Source: Octopus bimaculoides (taxonomy: Eukaryota). Taken from it: a stretch of DNA of 40,103 bases. Below are positions 1 through 10,906 of the stretch, piece by piece; within the stretch, counting starts at the first letter, position 1; the number at the start of each line of letters is the position of its first letter. The stretch lies in assembly GCF_001194135.2 (NCBI RefSeq), contig NC_068983.1:123255117-123295219 (forward strand). Reading direction: 5' to 3'. A program made the position numbers and the translations under genes. The notes below the pieces were generated by a model, which did no database searches, was not told the DNA's origin, and worked only from the letters and a program-made list of their open reading frames with translations.

Positions 1-360
1 CAAACCAAACCTCCGCGGCACATCTCTCTCTTCGATTCTGTTAGGTGACTCAGCTTCACCACGGTAAATAAACAGACAAGAGTTCTTAAACAGACAAGAA
101 ATTCTCAGCCAGCGATGAACATCTGTATAACAAGAATCACGGCCCTGGCATCGAAGCCAAAACACAACTAGTGATAAGCTCTGCCACACTCAGCCAACTC
201 ACTTTCACATACAGAACTTTTCCTATAGTGTACTAACGATCTGGTATAATTGCTCACGTGTTATTGACTCTCTTTCTATCTGCTGGGGCAGGTGTATAAT
301 ATAAGTGGAAAAGTATGCGAGGTAAAGAGAGTTAATTTTGACCTGTATATTTGTGTGTGT

Positions 361-404
361 AGTAGTACCTAGTAGTAGTAGTAGTTGTTGTTGTTGTTGT
401 TGTT
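361..404. repeat. Compound (TAG)n/(TTG)n microsatellite
   Basis: Read directly from the sequence. Confidence 0.9.
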
Positions 405-926
405 GCAGAGAAAAGAAAGTGAACTGGTGAAAGTTAGAGTCTAGGGAAGTTGTAAGTCTCATAGTAGCTGATTTGTATCTTTCTTTCTCCCTCTGGTCGT
501 TTGTCTCAAGTGGCTGTCTGCCTGTGGTCATCTCTAGTTGTCTCCGTTCACTAAATGATTTTGGCTTCTAGAGTTCTAGGAGTTTTGGCTTATTTATAAT
601 CATACAAAACCAGTCTGAAGGAGAGACATATTGTTGAGAAGAATAGATTTCGTTGGGCGTCAACTTTTGGTGAAATAGAAGGGGTCACAAGAGTTAAGTA
701 GTAAAGACATAAATTCGGCTAAGCAAAGCCATATGCTAACTGTAACTTGCTGTCACTATTGTTTCTTCTGTNNNNNNNNNNNNNNNNNNNNNNNNNNNNN
801 NNNNNNNNNNNNNNNNNNNNNNNNNNNNNNNNNNNNNNNNNNNNNNNNNNNNNNNNNNNNNNNNNNNNNNNTGTCCACATCATCATGTGGGCATTGAGGA
901 CTTTTTCCCTTTCCTCATGCGTAAGT

Positions 927-1005
927 ACAACAACATCTGTTTCAACACATCTGTTGAACAACATCTGTACAACAACATCTGTACAACAACATCTGTTTCA
1001 ACACA
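927..1005. repeat. 14-bp minisatellite, 5 units (consensus ACAACAACATCTGT)
   Basis: CATCTG recurs at 934, 948, 962, 976 and 990. Confidence 0.9.
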
Positions 1006-1030
1006 CGATTTCACATCAAAAATCTTGCAA

Positions 1031-1033
<3 letters not shown>

Positions 1034-1077
<44 letters not shown>

Positions 1078-1098
1078 ATTGTGTGTGTGCGTGTGCGC
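1034..1098. repeat. (AT)n followed by (GT)n microsatellite
   Basis: Read directly; similar (AT)n tracts at about 3897-3932 and 7692-7718. Confidence 0.9.
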
Positions 1099-2103
1099 GC
1101 CTCGAACGTGCATGTATTGTTTAGCTTCAGGTACACTCTGATCGAAACCTATGGTAAAAAGTATTCTAGCTAAGACCAACCCTTCTTTCTTGTATGTACA
1201 GGGAATCCAGGCCTAGAATATGTAATATGCCCTTTTATGGGACCGTGGGGGTAAGATTTGCGAAAGATTCGGCTGTTATTTCTAGTAGGTGGAGTAAACA
1301 TGTCCTAAGCTTGCATGTGTGTGTGTGTGAGTGCGTGTGCGTAAGAATGTGTACATGTGTATTTGTGTGTTATGTATATAACGTGTGTGAGTGTGAACTA
1401 TTTTAACAACTACGTCGTAAAACTTCTCGATTGTTTCCCTTACACTCTAGCGAAGAAAAAATTCCACAGTAAGTCTCTTGAGCTGATTTCGTTTGTGATA
1501 TTGACAGACGTTCAACTAATAGTTACTTTCGTCTGTGCGCAGTAGTCTACTCACGGACATAAATATTATATATCTACAATTATTTAATCTATATCATTTT
1601 AAATTTGATATTTCATACTATTTCCTTCATAAATCGACTCAGAAATATTTTCTGCCAGAGAATTGGTTTGGTATTTACTTTCGCTAATGTCGACATTGCG
1701 TTTGCCCTAAGGAATCGATAAAGTAAGTATCAGTCAAATACTATGGTTTATATAATCGACGGTACACCACTNNNNNNNNNNNNNNNNNNNNNNNNNNNNN
1801 NNNNNNNNNNNNNNNNNNNNNNNNNNNNNNNNNNNNNNNNNNNNNNNNNNNNNNNNNNNNNNNNNNNNNNNNNNNNNNNNNNNNNNNNNNNNNNNNNNNN
1901 NNNNNNNNNNNNNNNNNNNNNNNNNNNNNNNNNNNNNNNNNNNNNNNNNNNNNNNNNNNNNNNNNNNNNNNNNNNNNNNNNNNNNNNNNNNNNNNNNNNN
2001 NNNNNNNNNNNNNNNNNNNNNNNNNNNNNNNNNNNNNNNNNNNNNNNNNNNNNNNNNNNNNNNNNNNNNNNNNNNNNNNNNNNNNNNNNNNNNNNNNNNN
2101 NNN

Positions 2104-2578
2104 TAATCGACTAGTTCCTTCCACAAAATATCAGGCCTTGTGCCTATAGTAGAAAAGAAAGGATTATTATTATTAAGGAGTTAAGGCAGCGCGAGCTGGC
2201 AGAATCGTTAGCAGGCCGGGAGAAATAATTAGCGGTATTTCGTCCGTCTTCACGTTCATATTCCGCCGAGGTCGATTTTTGACTTTCATTCTTTCGGGGT
2301 TAATGAAATAAGTACCAGTTATCGGCTATCCTCCACTCCCAAAATTTCAGGCCTTGTGCCTGTAGTAGAAAGGATTATTATAATTATTATGAAGGCGGCA
2401 AGATGGCAGAATCGCCGGGCAAAATGCTCAACAGCATTTCAGCCGTCTATGTCCAACGTTCAAATTCCTACTTTCGGGGTCGGTGAAACAGGTATCGATT
2501 GAACACTGAGGTCGATGTAATTGACTTACTTCTTCTTCCAAAATTTCAGATCTTGTGTTTATAGTAGAAATAATTATT
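2104..2578 (+). mobile_element. Head-to-tail cluster of three related tRNA-derived SINEs
   Basis: Recurrent head (GGCGGCGAGCTGGCAGAATCG-like), core (CTTTCAT..TTTCGGGG..AAATAAGTACCAG) and tail (AAATTTCAGGCCTTGTGCC..AGTAGAAAGG ATTATT). Units at about 2104-2173 (3' end only), 2180-2390 and 2391-2578. Confidence 0.85.
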
Positions 2579-3260
2579 TTTGAAAAGAAGGACGTGGATA
2601 ACAGAATCAGTAGACTTCTAGGCACATATTGCAAAATGTTGTTGTCCAATTCCATTTAAATCCTTTCTGGTTAATACAATGAGTACCAGTCAACTACTAC
2701 TACTAGAATCAATTAAATCAGCTTTCCTACAAAATTGTGCCCATGTGGTAATCATCATTGTTGTTCTGTCCATTCTCCAGCTATTCATTCATTATGGGTA
2801 TGATGTTGGAAATTCTTTCTTACTGACCAGATTTACCTTTTCATTAAGTATCTATGCTTTTGCCTACCAAACCCATTTACGTTTTATTTCGGAACAGAAA
2901 TGTGCATGTTTATGTTAGGGAACAAGTTGCGCGTCATTTGCAGGCTATGAGAATCTTTGACAAGGTGTGTGAGTAGGAGAAGAGCTAGAAAGAAAGAAAG
3001 AAAGAGGGGGAGCTAAGTTATTTCTCAGACACAAAAAACATTTTTGTCGTAGAAACTTCAATTGGTTCTTTAGATATGGTGATAAAATTAATTAAGATCC
3101 ACCAAAGTAATATTTCGTCAATAAGTAACACCAGGTACAGCTAAATCTGCTGAGAGCATCATTGCTGCGATACTAATCTCATTTAAAACTACATATTTTT
3201 CGCTTTACTTTATACATTCAATTAATAACAAAAGGCTTGCAACACACACACACATACATA

Positions 3261-3694
3261 TATCGAGTTAGAAAACAGAGACATCTAATGGATACTAATT
3301 AATTTATTAATTAATCAACATATTCATCCACATTTGTTTTATTTCACAAACAAAATAAAAATTACATAACATATATAAATATATAACTCTGCATTTTAAA
3401 TACCTTGTAAGGAAAATCATCAGAGTGCGCAGAGGACAATAAGGATTACATTAGGATACTTTTGGAATACACAGAATATATATACAGATATCTGTATATT
3501 CTGTGTATTCCAAAAGTATCCTAATGCAATCCTTATTGTCCTTTGCGCACAAATTATTTAAAATGCAAAATTAAATATTCAAATATGGTTTGTAATTTTA
3601 ATTTTATTTGTGAAATGAAACAATAGTTGGCGAATATGTTGATTAATTAATTAATTAATTAGTATCCATTAGATATCTATTTTCTAACACGATA
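3261..3694. mobile_element. About 430-bp palindromic foldback element / MITE
   Basis: Arms TATCGAGTTAGAAAA... and ...TTTTCTAACACGATA are reverse complements; centre TATACAGAT|ATCTGTATA at 3489/3490. Confidence 0.85.
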
Positions 3695-3892
3695 AAAATG
3701 ATATAATACATTCATTGAAGATATATATAGTCAGTGTTAATAAACTTTTATTAACTTTTATTCATCTTATCACCATCTTCTCTTGTTTTATATAATATTA
3801 ATAATACTATATATGTGCCTGCTTTGTTAAGCATTCAACCAGTCTAATCTTGGCTATTTTTATCCCTCCGAGGTTTATATCCTCACTTGTAC

Positions 3893-3937
<45 letters not shown>

Positions 3938-4886
3938 TAAACGTAAGCAGAGTTAGCGGTTATTGTAACCGACTAAGGGATAAAATATCCATATTTACTA
4001 TCGGTATAAGTTACCTGTGTTATCTCNNNNNNNNNNNNNNNNNNNNNNNNNNNNNNNNNNNNNNNNNNNNNNNNNNNNNNNNNNNNNNNNNNNNNNNNNN
4101 NNNNNNNNNNNNNNNNNNNNNNNNNNNNNNNNNNNNNNNNNNNNNNNNNNNNNNNNNNNNNNNNNNNNNNNNNNNNNNNNNNNNNNNNNNNNNNNNNNNN
4201 NNNNNNNNNNNNNNNNNNNNNNNNNNNNNNNNNNNNNNNNNNNNNNNNNNNNNNNNNNNNNNNNNNNNNNNNNNNNNNNNNNNNNNNNNNNNNNNNNNNN
4301 NNNNNNNNNNNNNNNNNNNNNNNNNNNNNNNNNNNNNNNNNNNNNNNNNNNNNNNNNNNNNNNNNNNNNNNNNNNNNNNNNNNNNNNNNNNNNNNNNNNN
4401 NNNNNNNNNNNNNNNNNNNNNNNNNNNNNNNNNNNNNNNNNNNNNNNNNNNNNNNNNNNNNNNNNNNNNNNNNNNNNNNNNNNNNNNNNNNNNNNNNNNN
4501 NNNNNNNNNNNNNNNNNNNNNNNNNNNNNNNNNNNNNNNNNNNNNNNNNNNNNNNNNNNNNNNNNNNNNNNNNNNNNNNNNNNNNNNNNNNNNNNNNNNN
4601 NNNNNNNNNNNNNNNNNNNNNNNNNNNNNNNNNNNNNNNNNNNNNNNNNNNNNNNNNNNNNNNNNNNNNNNNNNNNNNNNNNNNNNNNNNNNNNNNNNNN
4701 NNNNNNNNNNNNNNNNNNNNNNNNNNNNNNNNNNNNNNNNNNNNNNNNNNNNNNNNTTACAAAAAGTAAACGATAAAAAAAAACGGTGGAAAAAAATTTT
4801 AAAAAGAGAAGTGAATAAATATACATTCCTTCATTATGCAATAGAGAATCGTGGTGTTCACCTCGAAATGTTTGGAACAACCTATA

Positions 4887-5104
4887 AGAGTGGGGTACTG
4901 GAAAGTTTCTCGCTTTGGGTAAAAGAAAATATGGGAGGATCAATTAATTATGATTTTACTCGACACGTTCCCCTCTCAGATTCACACACTTATCGCAGCG
5001 GTCTTTCAGTTTTAATAAAACCCTGTAAAAGAATTCGGAAGGTTGGGCCTCCAACCATGCCTTTCGCGACACCCTTAAAGCCAGGAACTTATCAAGACCC
5101 CTCG
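4887..5104. mobile_element. Mariner-type MITE, copy A
   Basis: Degenerate TIRs (..GGTACTGGAAAGTTTCTCGCTT / AAGCCAGGAACTTATCAAGACCCCTCG), TA-flanked; internally alignable with 34158-34377. Confidence 0.75.
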
Positions 5105-5180
5105 TATATACGTAGTATATTTAAAGTTGACACGATAGAAAATATTTCTGAATTTACCAAGATACCAAATTTTATAAAAG

Positions 5181-5315
5181 GAGCACTCCGTCGGTTACGA
5201 CGACAAGGGTCCCAACTGATACGATCAACGGAACAGCTTGCTCGTGAAATTAACGTGCAAGTGGCTGAGCACTCCACAGACACGTGTACCCCTAACGTAG
5301 TTCTCAGGAAGATTC
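5181..5315 (-). mobile_element. 3' part of the SINE family seen at 6293-6861
   Basis: Reverse complement matches GAGAACTACGTTA.GGGTACAC..GTGGAGTGCTCAGCCAC..CGTTAATTTCACGAGC..CGACGGAGTGC. Confidence 0.85.
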
Positions 5316-5329
5316 GACTAGACGAGGCT

Positions 5330-5475
5330 AGCCCTTTGGAATACAGGTACTAACCATTTCTGCCAGCTGAGTAGACTAGAGCAACGTGAAATAAAGTGTC
5401 TTGCTCAAGGACACAACGCGTCGCCGGGAATTGAACCCATGACCTTACGATCGTGAGCCGAATGCCCTAACCACC
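5330..5475 (-). mobile_element. tRNA-derived CORE-like SINE, 5' end interrupted
   Basis: Minus strand reads GTGGTTAGGGCATTCGGC..GGGTTCAATTCCCGG (A/B-box-like), then TGTGTCCTTGAGCAAGACACTT (CORE-like, from memory). Confidence 0.75.
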
Positions 5476-5483
5476 AAAATTTA

Positions 5484-5712
5484 GGTAATTTTTCAGATTA
5501 ACACCCGCACGATCTTCACTAGGGTGTTAGAGTTACGGTTTTAGGGTCAGGGTTAGGGTTTTAGTGTTAGGGTTACGGTTAGGGTTACGGACGGAATTCC
5601 CTAACCCAAACCCTAACCGTAACCCTAAACCCTAACCCTAAAACCTTAACCCTGACCCTAAAACCCTAACACCCTAGTGAAGATCGTGCGGGTGTTAATC
5701 TGAAAAATTACC
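5484..5712. mobile_element. Merlin-like palindromic MITE with inward TTAGGG/CCCTAA repeats
   Basis: Termini GGTAA...TTACC; about 45-bp perfect inverted arms; 8-bp direct repeat AAAATTTA at 5476-5483 and 5713-5720. GG termini plus an 8-9 bp TSD are diagnostic of the Merlin superfamily (established knowledge); the assignment is inference. Confidence 0.8.
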
Positions 5713-6292
5713 AAAATTTATACTCAGTTGATGCTAACATACATAACTGAATTGAAGCAACGAGAAAGTTTTCTTATGGTTTCTAAACTGGCTAGAAATA
5801 GTAGCCAACCCGGCCTCGAGCCTGTCTTGAGGAAGGCCAATGGATAATTTTACATACAATGTCTGAAAAAAAAGATGAAATGTCACAATCGGGACGTCAA
5901 TGACTGTAAATCTTCTTGACTGGAGTTAGACAGCGGAATTTTGTTATCAAAATTATTTTTACAACGTGTTACAAACCCTGAATCCATGTAAACTAATTCT
6001 TAGCAGATACTAACTAAATTTAGTTGACTTTGTACCCACTGAGGATGTTAGTCTGCGCACAGTTCCCAAGATAATGAGTGTTTTCTTTTTGCGTCACTGG
6101 TAAAATGATAAATTTATTCAACAGCTGAATAAAATTCTTAATTTCATGAGTATGTATGTTGAAAACTCACAGATAGTATTTAACTGTTCTCTCGTTTTTG
6201 ATAGACATTGAGCTCTTTTAGATTTATTTATTTATTGCTAAGATAGCAACCGATATTTATATGGTACGATTTACTGGAGGTATGGATTGAGG

Positions 6293-6861
6293 GTGGAGGC
6301 GCAATGGCCCAGTGGTTAGGGCAGCGGACTCGCGGTCATAAGATCGCGGTTTTGATTCCCAGACCGGGCGTAGTGAGTGTTTATTGAGCGAAAACACCTA
6401 AAGCTCCACGAGGCTCCGGCAGGGCATGGTGGCGAACCCTGCTGTACTCTTCCACCACAACTTTCTCTCACTCTTAGTTCCTGTTTCTGTTGTGCTTGTA
6501 ATTCAAAGGGTCAGCCTTGTCACACTGTGTCACGCTGAATATCCCCGAGAACTACGTTAAGGGTACACATGTTTGTGGAGTGCTCAGCCACTGGCCCGTT
6601 AANNNNNNNNNNNNNNNNNNNNNNNNNNNNNNNNNNNNNNNNNNNNNNNNNNNNNNNNNNNNNNNNNNNNNNNNNNNNNNNNNNNNNNNNNNNNNNNNNN
6701 NNNNNNNNNNNNNNNNNNNNNNNNNNNNNNNNNNNNNNNNNNNNNNNNNNNNNNNNNNNNNNNNNNNNNNNNNNNNNNNNCGTTAATTTCACGAGCAGGC
6801 TGTTCCGTTGATCGGATCAACTGGAACCCTCGACGTCGTAAGCGACGGAGTGCCAACAACA
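6293..6861 (+). mobile_element. Full-length tRNA-derived SINE with TSD (contains N-gap 6603-6780)
   Basis: A box TGGCCCAGTGG (6305-6315), B-box-like GGTTTTGATTCCC (6348-6360), (CAA)n tail, and 11-bp TSD ATGGATTGAGG at 6282-6292 and 6862-6872. Confidence 0.9.
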
Positions 6862-7681
6862 ATGGATTGAGGAGATTGGTCTCACAGCTAGAGCATACTG
6901 TTGTCACTTTCGGAATTTTATGCGATTAATGCTATATTCAATTTTATTTTTATTTATTCGTAGTTTTGTATACTATGATGTGTCTAAAGTTTCGTCGTTC
7001 TGGGGGCTAAGTTTTTTTTTTTTCTTTTTTGTCCGCGTCGCCCTTTTATTGAAGTTAGGTATCTTGAGTCGAAAATGATTTTCTTTTATTCTTTTACTAA
7101 ACGAAAATAATTTGTCTACGTGTGGTTATTGGTTAACTGCCTTATCTGACGACATAGCATGTTGTACGGAAAAATAAAACTGAAGTTACCTCCCTTACAG
7201 TAAGTGTCCGCTTGATTTGACTGTTTAATGTTTTGGTTTTGGTTTTAGGTTTTAAGCTCACGCATGCGTATATGTCCGTTTCCAAACCAAGGCAAATCGA
7301 AGCAAAAATAATATTTCTCTGCGATATAATGGTCAGTTGCTGCTATATGTGTAAGCTATTTCACTTCACCTACGCTACTAATGCTCTTGATAAAAGCATG
7401 ACCACTAAACATTCCCCCATGCATTCATGAATGTGTAGATGAGAAGTGAGCTTAGCTACCTATTCTACAATTCGGTTTCAATCCTCTCTGTGATGCATTT
7501 CACTTCATTTGGCGTTACTTCTGCCCTTGTGGAAGTCACGTAATCGCATCACTATTTGTTTTCTACAATACTGATGCTTTGTGTGTCTATGTAAGATAGG
7601 AAAATTGCTGGAGGATGATAATTAAATTATCCTCGAGATTCAGTATATTTACACAAAAAAAAAAGTTTTTTTTAAATTTAA

Positions 7682-7722
<41 letters not shown>

Positions 7723-7812
7723 TATTAAAAAAAAAACTGCAAAAATATCACAAAAACTGTTACTCAGAGTTTCACATGCTTTTATACATAACTTCTGTTT
7801 AATTGTTTCGTT

Positions 7813-8267
7813 GGTCCAGATGGACTATATGTAATCTGAACCTTTCCCCCCTTATTTTATTTTTTTTTTTTAGGNNNNNNNNNNNNNNNNNNNNNNNNNN
7901 NNNNNNNNNNNNNNNNNNNNNNNNNNNNNNNNNNNNNNNNNNNNNNNNNNNNNNNNNNNNNNNNNNNNNNNNNNNNNNNNNNNNNNNNNNNNNNNNNNNN
8001 NNNNNNNNNNNNNNNNNNNNNNNNNNNNNNNNNAACCCTAACTCAAACCCTAACCCAAACCCTGACCCTAACCCTAACACTAGTTTTGTGAGATCTGGCT
8101 GTTATTTCTAGCATGTAAATAGCCTGCTTGGTGGGGGGGGGTGAAATTTTTCAAAATTTTTTTTTTTCAGAATCGGGATCTCCATAGCCTAAAACGTGGG
8201 ATTCCGTAAAAAAAAATTAATAAATAAGGGGAGGAAAGGTTCAGATTACATATAGTCCGTCTCTACC
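7813..8267. mobile_element. Second Merlin-like TIR element with internal (CCCTAA)n-like repeats (gap 7875-8033)
   Basis: TIRs GGT..AGA(T/C)GGACTATATGTAATCTGAACCTTTCC; 8-bp TSD GTTTCGTT at 7805-7812 and 8268-8275; AACCCT-type repeats at 8034-8078. Confidence 0.8.
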
Positions 8268-10818
8268 GTTTCGTTTTTGTTTTTTCGTGACATTGTTTCA
8301 AAAACCTTTTCATTATTAAATCATTAACATCAACTTATTTCGAGGAAAAAAAGTTTTTAAACTAGTTATCTAGTATTTTAATTGCGTAAGGTAATTATTA
8401 GAGATTAACGGTACTAAATTCCCTACCAGACTACTGTATCACCTCTAGGAGACTATAGATATCACCCCCATTATGCCATTGCATCTATCATTACATCTAG
8501 CTCTTTGCCTGCCGAAACACGAGACCTCCATTCAGTACATCACACCCATCACACATTACACAACAACACAGAAAAAGAACATCGCAACAGTGAACCAGTG
8601 TATATAACTCATGTCCCCACCTTTGAAAAGTGATACCATATCCAACTAACCACTCCATTTATTATTTATTTATTGCTTATTAAACTATATATCTCTAGTT
8701 TTTCTCCAAACCAGGCTTTAAAGTAGGTTTTTAATACTAAGGTCAAGTCATGTATTAGAGTCGATTTTAATTGACTATCGCAATCCTAAAACGATTCTTA
8801 GAATACAACATTGTTTTGTTCTTACATCTTTATCTTAAAAGCAATAAAGTTTAATGTTACAGTGAAATTAGGTTAGCAAATCTTATCTATATTGCTCTCC
8901 TGTTTCTAACTGCCCACTCACACATACACATGCGTAAGTATAAGCAGTTTAAACTTGATTGGACAGACCTATGAAGACGTTCCAGCCATGACCACACTGT
9001 CTTTTCTGAAGAAGCGATGTGGTTCTGGCTGTTATCTGAAACTACAACAGACAATAACCATATGGTATATTAATTATAATTGGCTGGAAAAAATACCTGA
9101 AGATGTTTACAGTGTGGTTTATTTTTTAATTCAGTGCAAAAGCTCTCTATTTCTGGTGTGAAAGAGAAAGTAACTTTGGCATTCATGTCACCAAACGACT
9201 GAAACTACTTAGCCAACCATGATTTGATAGCTGCTCTATGTTATTCACCAGCTATACAATATATAGGGTAAGGACTACTGATATGTATTCATGTTTTTAG
9301 GATTGAAAGTTGAGCTTCTCTAAGATTTGAACTCAGAACACTGAAAACTTCATCTAAATAGTGTAAGGCAGTCATTAGACACTGTTGCTTTTGCTAAGTC
9401 TAAGTCATTACCTCACAGCCATAGGAAATACTGAAGCTCTGACTTGTAATTCTTCAATGCTTTGGATCATTCAGCTACCATCATTTTAACAAGCACTATC
9501 TGCCCAAGACCACTCGACCTGATATTTAAATGCTTCAGTATTTCTGTTGCAAAGAACCCCAAAAAGAAAGAGGTAAATTCATTGCAAGCAGAGATCACAG
9601 CCAGTTTTCAATTATCTAATGAGGCTAATACATGAGTGCCACTTCATTCCAAATATCAAATATAAATGTGGCGTTCTGTTTAAATATTGATGACTGATAG
9701 GGTTTTTTTTTTTTTTGTATTTACCTGATTCTTCTATCCCCTTTACAAATGCCAAATCAAAAAAAATCAAAATTTTTACAGTTCTCTGATAACTCTATAA
9801 TGACAGGACTACTTCAGCTGACCAATGGGACAAGCAAAGCATTGTTTAAAGTTTGTAACTTTTTATTGTCCTTGAAGTTTAGAACTTGAACTATGTGATT
9901 CTTCATATTAAAAATTATATGATTTCTTAAAAGACACTTGGCTACTTTGTTGAAGTAGGATAAGACAAGTTGAATTCCTCTTGAATTGTCTCTTTCATAA
10001 GTATGTTCTACAACCTAACAACACATTAGATTAGAAGGAAAATAGCCAAACTGATATGAGAGTAGCTTTGGGGAATCCTTTTATATGGGGCCATGTAAAG
10101 ATAGGAACATAGTTGGACTGATGTAGTAATGGTGAATCTTTCTGCTGGGCATTATAAGGCTACATTGGAAATAGTATGAATGAAACGAAGAATCCTAGGA
10201 TTTTATCATACTTTCACTGTTTGACAGCTTAAGTCTTTCTTTTCTCTGCTTCAACACTTTGGGCTGAAACACTCATAAGGAGAGTATTCAGTAAATTTAG
10301 GATATATATTAAGATGGGGGGTGCGGACGATCAATGTCATAAAAATAAACTCTCAATGAGCATGTTTTATGAATAGATATAGTAGGTTTGATACTTGCAA
10401 GCCCTCAGAGAGTAGTGAGATCAACCCAGTTGATGTAGCTTCATTGTTTGTGAGTGAGCAACAGCAAGGTGGGGAATCCAGAGAGTTGACTTTCTGGGAA
10501 AGACTTCTATAACTCAGTTTTTACTTTTTCCAACTGGGCGACATTTCAGTTATGTTCTTTAAAGTATTTGAGAAGGTATGAATGTTTCACGGTCTCATTC
10601 CTCTATGTTATAAATTTCATTTCACCTTGCTCCTATTACTAATAAATTTGAAAAAGCCATGAATACCACATAATCTCTATCATATCCTCTGTAAATCAGC
10701 TTTTTTTGGCCTCTGGTATTTTTTTTTTATTATTTCAATATCCAATTCTTTTCATGTTACTGTGAATGAGAAACCATTTACTATGAAACAAACATATAAT
10801 ATTGGGACAACCAACAGA

Positions 10819-10906
10819 GTAGTAGTAGTAGCAGCAGCAGTCATATTAGTAGTGGTAGTAGTAGTAACGGCCGTATTAGTGGTAGTAGCAGCAGTAGTAG
10901 TAGTTG
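10819..10906. repeat. (AGT)n/(AGC)n compound trinucleotide repeat
   Basis: Read directly from the sequence. Confidence 0.9.

Noticed and set aside
223-531. Poly-Q ORF
   Set aside because: This is the translation of the (TTG)n/(TAG)n microsatellite on the opposite strand; no homology.
4811-5353. 180-aa ORF as a novel gene
   Set aside because: It runs across a MITE and two SINE fragments; a chimeric repeat read-through with no domain signature.
5484-5712. Ancient chromosome end-to-end telomere fusion site
   Set aside because: The orientation fits, but perfect non-telomeric inverted arms and an 8-bp TSD point to a transposon insertion.
6295-6365. Genuine tRNA gene
   Set aside because: A and B boxes are present but there is no cloverleaf acceptor stem; it continues into a SINE body with tail and TSD.
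719-8111. ORFs containing long X runs (also 33827-34055 and 35124-35810)
   Set aside because: They are open only because N-gaps lack stop codons.
9880-10600. Possible old LINE fragment
   Set aside because: The composition is suggestive, but no diagnostic RT or endonuclease motif could be read.
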